From assembly GCA_028534125.1 (NCBI GenBank), contig CM052818.1:35900001-35964000 (forward strand): a stretch of 64,000 nt of DNA, written 5' to 3'. The notes under the pieces are model-generated. The model saw only the letters and a program-made list of their open reading frames with translations, ran no database searches and was not told where the DNA came from. Below, piece after piece: positions 54,484-64,000 of this stretch (positions within the stretch are counted from its first letter, which is position 1; each line of letters opens with the position of its first letter). The DNA comes from Lama glama (taxonomy: Eukaryota). A program made the translations under genes and the position numbers.

Positions 54484-55009
54484 TGATGTAATCATCAACT
54501 CCTTATAACTTAAATTGCTACAGGAAAAATAACTCATTAAAATAGTGATAAACTCAAGCCCCTAACTACCTTTTCCCTCTGAAACATTTTTATTATAAAA
54601 TTACTTTTGATTAGGTAAGACTTCCTAATGTAACTACTGCACTGTAGAACAACACACCTGTGAACTAACCAGCTCTGAAAGTGTCCAAGAAGAAACTGAA
54701 ACCCTTTCTGTCACAGATGCTGAGGGCTCTACTCTCATAAGAGGATGGACTAAATGATCAATAAACTTCCTCCTAATTCTCACATTCTGTAAGTACAAAG
54801 GTTAATAAGGCTTTGGTTTTAAAAAAAAAAAAAAACCTCCATTTAAGACAAAATACTCATTAGCAGGGAGTCAGAGGTGAAACAAATGAAGTGGCAGAAA
54901 ATTATATACTAATTAAAATATTATCAAGTGAGGTGAATCAGAAGATTTGGCTGGTATGTATATATAGAAGATAATGAGCTTTATCCTTACTGTAAAAAGA
55001 ACTGGGACC

Positions 55010-56920
55010 AACATCATACCATACAGAAAAATTAACTCAAAATGGATCAAAGACCTAAATGTAAGTGCTAAAATTATAAAAACTCTTAGAAAAAATAGGC
55101 ATACATTTTCATAACCTTGGATTAGGCAAGAATTTCTTAGCTATGACACAAAAGCATAAGGGATGAAAAAGCAGATAAACTGGACTTCACCAAAAACTTT
55201 TATGCCTCAAAGTACACCATCAAGAAAGAGAAACTATAATCCACATGATAGGAGAATATATTTGCAAATCATTTATGTAATATGGGTCTTGTATCCCGAA
55301 TATACAGCAGTCCCCTTTAACTGAAGGGGATATATTCCAAGACCCCTAGTTATATCACAGACAATACCAAACCCTATATATACTATGTTCTTTCCTATGC
55401 GTACATACCTATGACAAATTTAATTTATAAATTAGGCAGAATGAGAGATTAATAATAAGAGATTAATAAAATAATAATAAAATAGAACAATTATAACAGT
55501 ATACTAGAATAAGAGTTACGTGAATGTGGTCTCTCTCTCTCAAAATATCTTATTGTACAAGTGTGATGCCTTAACTAAGCATTTATCATGCACTGTGGCT
55601 GTAACTTTTGCAGTCTGAGGTGTGACAGCAAAACTAGCAAGAATTTCTTTCTCCTTCTTCACAGCTTCACGGATAGAAGACTTGTTCTTACCATAGATCT
55701 TCACAACCTCAGCATAAGATTTTTTTTTCTTTCCTTATTAGGTGAAGAACTTTCACATTTTCACTTGAAGCACTTACAGCTTTTCTTTGGCATATCCAAA
55801 TTGCCAGCATCACTACTCTTGCACATTGGGGCCACTATTAAAGTAAAATAAGGATTACTTAAACACAAGCACTACTGTACCACAAGTGAATCTGATAATT
55901 GAGACAGCTACTAAGTGACTAATGGGTGGGATATGCTGGCCAAATGATTCAAGCATGTCCTGGGCAGGACAGAGTGGGACAGCATGAGATTTCATTATAG
56001 TGTGCAATTGAAAACTTATAAATTGTTTATTTTTGGAATTTTTCATTTACTATTTTCAGACCATGGTTGATTGAAGGTAACTGATACCACTGAAAGCAAA
56101 ATATGGTAAGGAGGACTATTATATAAAGAAATCTTAAAATTTAATAATAAAAAGACAAATAACCAAATTTTAAAATGGGCAAAAAATGTGAGTAGCTGTT
56201 TCTCTAAGAAAGATGTACAAATGGCCATTAAGTACATGAAAAGATGCTCAACATCTTAGTCATTAGGGAAATGCAAATCAAAATTACAGTGAGATGCCAC
56301 TTCACACATACTAGGATGGCTAGAATCAAAAAGTCACATAATAACAAGTATTTGCAAGGATGACGAAGAATCAGAACCCTCATACAATGCTTGTAGGAAT
56401 GTAAATGATGTAGCCACTTTGGAAACCAGTTTTACAGTTCCTCAAAAGGTTAAACACCGAGTGACCAATGACCCAGCAACTCCACTCAGGTATACAACCA
56501 AAAAAAAGGAAAATATATGTCCATTCAAAAACTTGTACATGAAAGTAATTGCAGCATAATTCATAAGTCAAAAAGGGTAAATAACTCAAATACTCATCAA
56601 CAGCTGAACAGATAAACAAAATGTGGTATATCCATACAATTCAATATTATTTGGCCATTAAAAATGGAGTACTAATACATGCTACAATATGAATTACTCG
56701 AAAACATTATGCAACATGAAAAGAAGCCAGACACCAAAAATCACATATATGATTTCATGCTGGGTTTTTTGGGGGTTTTTTTTTGGTGTGGAGGGGAGGT
56801 AATGAAAAAGTCTGGTGTTAGTGATGATAGCTGCATAACTTTGTAAATATACTACAAGCCACTGCATTATATACTTTAAATAGGTAAACTTTATGGTATG
56901 TGAATTATATTTCAAAAAAT
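55010..56920 (+). mobile_element. Old L1 (L1MB-like) ORF2 end and 3'UTR
   Basis: aaaattaactcaaaatggatcaaagacctaaatgtaag; collinear across the Tigger insertion. Confidence 0.85.
55305..56121 (-). mobile_element. MER44/Tigger7-like DNA transposon
   Basis: TIR-like ends cagcagtcccc / ggaggactatta, TA on both sides, interrupts L1 ORF2. Confidence 0.85.
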
Positions 56921-57859
56921 AATAATAAATAATAGTAAATGGGAAATCTTTCTTGGGACTATCACAATGAAATCCTAGCTATTTCACCACAATACATCTA
57001 GTATGGCAATATCATTCCCAAAGTAACAGAAGAACTGCAAGAAGCAGAGTACCAAGAAAATACGTTCAGGTCAAGGCCTGGGGATTTCTGATAAACACAT
57101 TACCAAGGTTTAGCAAAAACAAAGCACATATTCCATCAGTCTGCATGTCTGGTTCAGGCAGACATCAGTCATCAATCACAGCACCCTCTGCCACAGAGCT
57201 AGAAATGGCTATAGATCTCTTCTTAACACAGTTCTCCAAGTACTCATTACCAATTCATTGTAATTGCTAACAAATTACTGAAAGTTAGACCTAAAGGTAC
57301 TAACTTCACACCTATTTAACTTCTTAGTCAATTATACATGCAAATATTAGTGTTCATCACTTTATTGGCTTTACTAATTACACAATTCCTTAGACATACA
57401 AAAGAGGTATTTTTAAAATAATTTTAACATATATAACACACTATCCAACTAAAGAAAAATAACATTACAAATTCAGTTAATGCCTCCCCTACTTCCAATA
57501 AATATTTATCCTTTTAGGAAAAGAACTGTGACTGTACTCTTGCTCTCTGAGTTAAAAATATCTGTACTAAGCCTATATACATGGGCCATGGAGTAAAACT
57601 AAGACATCACGACTCACCCAGAGACTCATAAGCGATCTCTGGCATATGACATTTACCACATATAAAATCTCTATCACTGTCAATTTTAACAAGAGAAGGA
57701 AACTCTCTCACATGTCAACAGCCACAATAATGGAAACAGAAGTTAGAAAATGACCAGAGAGTTCTTTCCATCCAAACTTCTCACTATCACTTAGCCAAAG
57801 GCAAAGGCCTCCACTCATCCACCTTTCCTTGTGTATTGTCAGCTCAGTACATTTCTCAT

Positions 57860-58270
57860 GTTAACATCTATAATATTTTTCAAGATACCTCCACACACAA
57901 TATCTCATCAACCCTACAAGATAGATAAGGCAGCTATATTTATACCCCATTTTACAGATACCGGAGAACAAAGCAACTAAGTACAAGATTTGAGTCACAC
58001 AGGGCTTGAATCCCTACTTCATTACTTCTCAGCAGTGTGACCTGCAAAATAAAGATACCTGGCTTACAGGGTTGTTATGAGGATCAGATTACACAAAGTA
58101 TATAAAGTATAAAGCACTTCTCACAGAACCTGGTGTAAAATAAGCACTAAGTGAATAGTAGCTGCTGCTATTGTTGTTGCTCTTGTTAACTCTGCAAGAT
58201 CAAATAGCTCCTAAACAAGGAAGCCAAGATTGAAACCGAGGTCTTGTTTGAATCTACACAACACTGCTTC
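57860..58270. mobile_element. MIR (minus) interrupted by a second MIR (plus, about 57980-58185)
   Basis: ccccattttacagat then ttgaatccctacttcattact...cagggttgttatgaggat, then first MIR resumes. Confidence 0.6.
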
Positions 58271-59523
58271 ATTCTCAGATGATCACCAGGAGGCCTATCT
58301 GTACAGAGTAGTGCCACAATTTCTACGCAATGCTTCCCCTTTCTCACCTAGACACCATGGTGATCACTTTAGGATTTTAAGAATCAAAAGCCAGTAGCAA
58401 TACTCACAGCTGATAACACTACAAAAACACACCTCAACATTATTATGCGTCTCATTATACCATTTATAAAGTCATCTTGCCCCCTGCCATTAAACCTTAA
58501 TCAAGCTTCTACATCAAATTACCAATTTATAGGATATACAGAGGGTAGAGAAACATGTTAAACTAAACAGAAATCCAGACTGTAAGAAATTCTACTGAAA
58601 AAGTCACCAACGTTCTTCAAAAGACAATTTAAACGGAAAAAAAAGAGAGAGAAGGAATCTACAAATTAAAAAAAAGACTAAAAAGACATTTCAATCTATC
58701 TTAATGTCAAAAAAAATTCCCCTCCCCCCAAAAAAGGCAGTAACATCAGCCCCCCTGTACATCTCTGCTTCGGAAAGAAAATATGTTAGTGACATAACCA
58801 AAATACATGGGAATATTTTAGGCTTTGGGACATTTCCTTTTTTCTCTTGTAAATCAATAAACTGTCATTCTGCTTTTTAAAAGAAAGGGAATAACAACAC
58901 ATGTAGCGTTTACTCTGCCTATGCCATAGCTATGATAAAAGTCTCATTTTGAAGAGTATTTTTAAACACTACAGGTTTACAAGTTCTTAAAGTGATCTTC
59001 ACCACCCCCTCTCCAACCCCATCGCCAAATCTACAAGAGAAGGCTGGAGCAAAGGTCAAGGGAAAAAACAAACAAGAAAAGTCAGGAAGGAACACTTTTG
59101 TAATTGAAGCTTAAAAGAAAGCCCACACCATCAACAGGACTAGCTGTCAACAGGAAACTTCCCAGAAGTAACTCATCCTATGATGTGATTTGAGCTATCT
59201 TAATGAAAATTATAGCACCTCCTTGTCATCAAGGAACAATCAGCTTAAGAAAAATTAAATGAAAATTAATTTGAAATTTCAACATGGGCACATGCTGTAA
59301 CGAAAATTATTTTTATTTCTGTATTATTGTAAAAAAGATTTGAGACAACTCGAAGAGTGCATTAGAAATAAAAAGAAGCAACAAAAATGGAGCCAAAAAT
59401 GAAGGAGGAAAGTAAGATAAAGTCAGAGAGGTAAGTTTATACCACCCAAACTAGATGCCACAAGTCCAATACAGTTGCAAGGGAAGGGCTGCACATCTGG
59501 CTGAGCTAGAGAGAAACATCATA

Positions 59524-60522
59524 CGAGTGGGATTACTGGATCATTTGGTAACTCTATTTCTAGTTTGGTTTTTTTTTGGTGGGGGTTTCGATCGATCGAT
59601 CTATCTATCTATTTATTTTAATGGAGGTACTGGGGGCTGAATCCAGGACCTTGTGCATGCTAAGCAAATGCTCTACCACTGAGCTATGCCCTCCCCCACC
59701 ATCTTTAGTTTTTTAAGGAACCTCCATAGTTCTCCATAGTGGCTACACCAATTTTCATTTCTACCAACAATGTAGGAGGGTTCTTTTTTCTCTACACCCC
59801 CCCCAAAATTTATTATTTGTAAACTTTTAGTAACAGCCATTCTGACCAGTATAAGGTGATACCTCATTGTAGTTTTGATTTGCATTTCTCTGATAATTAG
59901 TGATATTGAGCATCTTTTCATGTGCCTCTTGGCCATCTGTATGTCTTCTTTGGAGAAATGTCTGTTTAGGTATTATGCCCATTTTTTTATTGGGTTGTTT
60001 GTTTTTTTGATAATAAGATATACAAGTTGTCTGTGTATTTTGAAAATTAATCCCTTGTCAGTATCATTGTTTGCAAGTATCTTCTCCCATTCAATAGGGT
60101 GTCTTTTCATTTTGTTCATGGCTTCCTTTGCAGTGCAAAAGCTTTTAAGTTTAATTAGGCCCCATTTGTTTATTTCTATTTTTATTTCCATTACTATAGG
60201 AGACAGATTCAAAAAAATATTGTTGGAATTGATGTGAAAAAGTGTTTTGCCTATGTTTTCCTCTAGGAGTTTTAGAGTATCTGGCCTTATATTTAGCTGC
60301 TTAATCCATTTGGGGTAATTTTTGTATATAGTATTAGAGAATGTTCTAATTTCATTCTTTTGCATGTAGCTGTCCAGTTTTCCCATCACCACTTACTGAA
60401 GTCTTTTCCCCATTGTATATTCTTGCCTCTTTAGTCATAGATTAATTGACCATAAGTATATGGGTTTATTTCTGGGCTTTCTATCCTGTTCCATAGATCT
60501 ATACATCAGTATTTGTGCCAGT
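59524..60522 (-). mobile_element. L1 ORF2 internal fragment lacking 3' end
   Basis: Minus ORFs [43 protein letters not shown]. Confidence 0.93.
59570..59697 (-). mobile_element. tRNA-derived SINE (Vic-1-like) inside L1
   Basis: ggaggtactgggggctgaatccaggacc...ctctaccactgagctatgccctccccc. Confidence 0.88.
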
Positions 60523-60529
60523 AGATAGA

Positions 60530-60655
60530 TACAATTACTATCCCCATTTTATAGATAAGAAAACTGAGGTGCCAAGAGGTTAAATAACACACAACTAGGG
60601 AGTAGCAGAGCCAGAATTTAAGCCCAGGAAATCTGGCTCCAGAGTCTTAATCTTA
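60530..60655 (-). mobile_element. MIR SINE
   Basis: atccccattttatagataagaaaactgagg...gcagagccagaatttaagcccagg. Confidence 0.82.
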
Positions 60656-62299
60656 CATCACCCCTCATCTATAATGTTGTCTCCCTTTGGGTGAAAGCTC
60701 ATCTTATGTTCAGTCCTAGTGCTCCAGATCAGTAGCTAATAGTAATAATAGTAGCAGTAGTTACAACATCAACAAGGGCACTGAGATAAAGGAGATAAAT
60801 ATCCTCACAAGAATTCTACAATAAAAGGAATAGTAAATTTTATAAAGCTGTTGGTTTTAATGGCCCTTGATAAAGTTTGATTGCATTATACCAAATAACA
60901 ATTCTGTAAGAGTAATTCTACCTCAGCCTAAAACAATGCAATCAATATATGTAGTTCTCTGGTATTCTGGCTTGATCCAAGTAAAAACTGATTGTTTCTA
61001 AAGCAATGGATTGAATGTGTATTATTTAAGCAATTCTCAAAGGGTGCTGTTTCTGACTACTAGGTTTTTTATAAGAATTGGGCAGTGATTTAAGTGAATG
61101 TACAGTTGGAGTGAAGCTATTCTACATTGCCAATTATAGGTAAACTATACACTTTCATAGAAAATTAAGTGCACAGTCAGGTTAATATGCTCTTATGAAA
61201 ATTAAGGAACCTAACCACTAAAGACATCTAAGTATGCAGCCGACCCACCTCTCTATGGGGGCAAGCCCAAAAAATATCTTCTTATAGGCCAAAATCTTCT
61301 TCTGGAAGTGGTTCTGATTCAGCACCAATGGTTAATTAAGTTCCAAAATTCTATGTTGTCACAATGATTTAAACCTGGAAAATTCTATGACTAAGAATTT
61401 CTCAACTTTTATCTCAGCCATAAAATTACCTCAATTATGCACCCATAGATCATCCAACTGAGACATGTACCCCGAGCTAAACAAATTAACTGGGCAGATA
61501 AAGTTACTAGGTATAAACCAATTAAATACTCAAAGATATCGATAAAGATATCTATATACATACATGATATGAGTTCTTTTTGAAATAGCTAAGTAGCAGT
61601 GTCAGCTGTCTACCAAGGCCACCCCTAGTTAGTGTAAAAACAACTACATCATAAGCATATTATGGCTAGGAGTCAACTGAAAAAGACAAACAGCCCCAAA
61701 GGAAAGTGAAAAAATATGAAGAGAGCCTTAGGGGAAAGAATCCAATATATGACAAACATTTGATAATATGATCAACTTTATCAATAGTAAGAGAACTTCC
61801 AATTACAACAATGCTGCTATACCATTTCACCCCTCAGGCCCAAAATAGAAATGATTGATAATATCCAGAGGTAATAAAGGTAGGGGAAAGCAGCAACTAT
61901 CATATACTCTTGGTGAAAGAGTAAACTGATATAGCCTTTGGAGTAACATTTTGAAAGGACATCAGTTTTTTGATGTGCATAACCATTAATTCCTCATGTT
62001 CTCATTTATGTACAAAAACAAGTACAAACAAAGATGTTTACCAAAACATAGCTTGGAACCGCAAAAAACTATGACCATTTTCTAAACATCCATCACGAGA
62101 GATGGTTAAATAAATTACAGAATATACATCTAATGTAATGCTATACAGCATTTTATGCAAAGATAAAATGGCTCCTTCATATCCTAACATAGAAAGATTC
62201 CCATGATACTAAGTTTTTAAAAGTCTATAATAACTCAAAAAGTATGATCCTGTGGGTATCAATGGGAGAGAAAGAGAAGGATAGCTGCTAACAAGAGTC

Positions 62300-62855
62300 T
62301 GAATTGGTCAGGACTCTTTCAGTTCCAAGAGGCAGAAATCCAACTGAAACTAGCACAAGCAAGTTAGGCAACTGAGTGGCTCATTTAACTGGGAAACAGG
62401 AGTGGATCTACTTTAAAGTTCCAGTGGATCCAGAGGCTCCAATGACTCCCCATGCTCACACATGCGAGCGTGTGAGAATGTGTGTGATTGTACATTCGTG
62501 AGTGTGTCTGTGTGTGACAGAGAGTCTGTCTGTCAGCTCTGCTTCACTCTGTATGTTGGCCTCATTCTTTCCTATGATACATCGGCTTCCTTCACTTGGC
62601 CAGGCACCCTCTATCGCAGCTTAGCAAATCCGAAGGAATGAGTCTGTCCCTCATCCAACATCTGTTTTTCAATCTCGAGGAAGGGATCTGAACCTGCTCT
62701 GGTCATATGGCCATCCTGAAGCAATCACTGTGTCCAAAGAAATGGAGCATTATGACAGACCAAGCCTAGGTGACACGCCTATAGGCCAAGAGGTGATACT
62801 GCTACCTGAAAACGGGGGAAGGAGGGAATACTAAACAGCCTAAATTAACAGCTAC
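62300..62855 (-). mobile_element. Old MaLR LTR (MLT1J/K-like)
   Basis: gtcaggactctttcagttccaagaggcagaaatccaact...ggtcatatggccatcctgaagcaatcactgtg. Confidence 0.65.
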
Positions 62856-64000
62856 CATAAAATTCATTACGGAGACTTTCACCTTTTAACTCTATGTATT
62901 TACTCCCATTCTTTTGAATTTCTTATTTGAAATGCAATCAGTATTTGGAATGAAATTAGAAAGAAAGCCCAAGGTCTAAAAATTTCAGGGTTGACGACTT
63001 TAGAATTAAACTGGGAGAAAAATAAGCCTCATGAATAAATAAGGATCTGGGCTTCTTAGTCCTGCGTACTTGGCCAATATTTTAACCACTACTCAACAGT
63101 CCTTATCAAACCAAGCATTAAAATACAAAGTAAAAATTGAGAAAACAGATTTTAATTACTTAGCAATACTTTGTTGATTGAGGGAAAGAAGAGAGAGGGA
63201 AAAAACCTTCAGGGTCTATAAGAAGATATTTTATGTAATCTCCAGACAGTAAATGGCCTCCAATAGTATCTGAAAGCTCTTTAAACCCTCCCTCACTTTC
63301 CTCAGTATATAATCTTAACAGTATATGTAGAAAAATTCCAGATCAGTTTTACTGAAGCCAAATAATCCCTTACACCTGTTTCAAATGCCTAGTCTAAAGA
63401 TGGTAGAAAATCATCTAAACTAAAATAGGTCATAACTACCCCTAAAGTAGAGACATTAGTAAAATTTCTCCTTTAATAGTCTTGAGGGCTATCATTCAAT
63501 ACTACAAGTTCTTTTCACAAGTAAATTTAATGATAAAATTCCCACTTAGACTGACACACAAACACAATTTTTCTTTACTTCAGTGATTCCAAGCAGAGCC
63601 TACCAATTCTGGTATTAATCTCTCTGAAGAAAGCTAATTCTGCCATAGGGAGGCAAAAACATTTACTGCTGACCAAATATTCATTTCTTGCCCACATTTC
63701 TTTCTTCAGAGAGATTAATACCAGGATTTTAAGGTAAGCCCTGTGACTACTTTTGGCCAATGTGCTATATGAGGAAGTGATATGAATCACTTTAGGACCA
63801 AAGGCACAGTAACCAAAGAGGCTCTGTGTTCAGATAATGCACCAAACATATATACAGTCCCATTTTAAACACAGAACCCTTTTTTCATATTCAATGAGAC
63901 AATGCTAGAAGCATGTCGAACTGAAATTCCACTTCCCCCAGGAAGCCTACCCAGACCATGCTCCTGACATCATCAGTAACACACTTATGTATGTATACTG

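Larger units (their letters stand above)
1..64000 (-). other. NCOA1: Host transcription unit, 5' non-coding part (part of intron 1, exon 2, intron 2, exon 3, part of intron 3) of probable nuclear receptor coactivator 1
   Basis: Two minus-strand exons with canonical splice sites, 135 and 85 nt, 18.8 kb apart. Sequence and sizes match my memory of human NCOA1 5'UTR exons (about 136 and 85 nt, about 20 kb apart). Strong + strand bias of young L1s fits minus-strand transcription. Not database-verified. Confidence 0.72.

Overview
Mammalian, AT-rich, CpG-poor, repeat-dense genomic DNA, most likely a camelid (four Vic-1-like tRNA-derived SINEs and a young lineage-specific L1). No intact protein-coding gene lies here: the ORF track consists of L1/DNA-transposon remnants, N-gap artefacts and chance ORFs. 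The window sits inside a minus-strand gene. Two short exons with clean splice sites (26803-26937, 135 nt; 7937-8021, 85 nt) match my recollection of the sequence, sizes and ~19-20 kb spacing of NCOA1 (SRC-1) 5'-UTR exons 2 and 3; this needs a BLAST check. The rest is intron filled with L1 of several ages, L2, MIR, MaLR LTRs and DNA-transposon fossils. All four N gaps fall in young L1 copies. I do not see a clearly new biological system. The best leads are a uORF-dense spliced leader with an AUGA stop/start overlap, a TSD-flanked non-tRNA dimeric retroposon, a double L1 tail with three TSD copies, an L1 nested in an L1, and a CpG-retaining CRE-like palindrome. Repeat family names are by eye and boundaries of old repeats are approximate.
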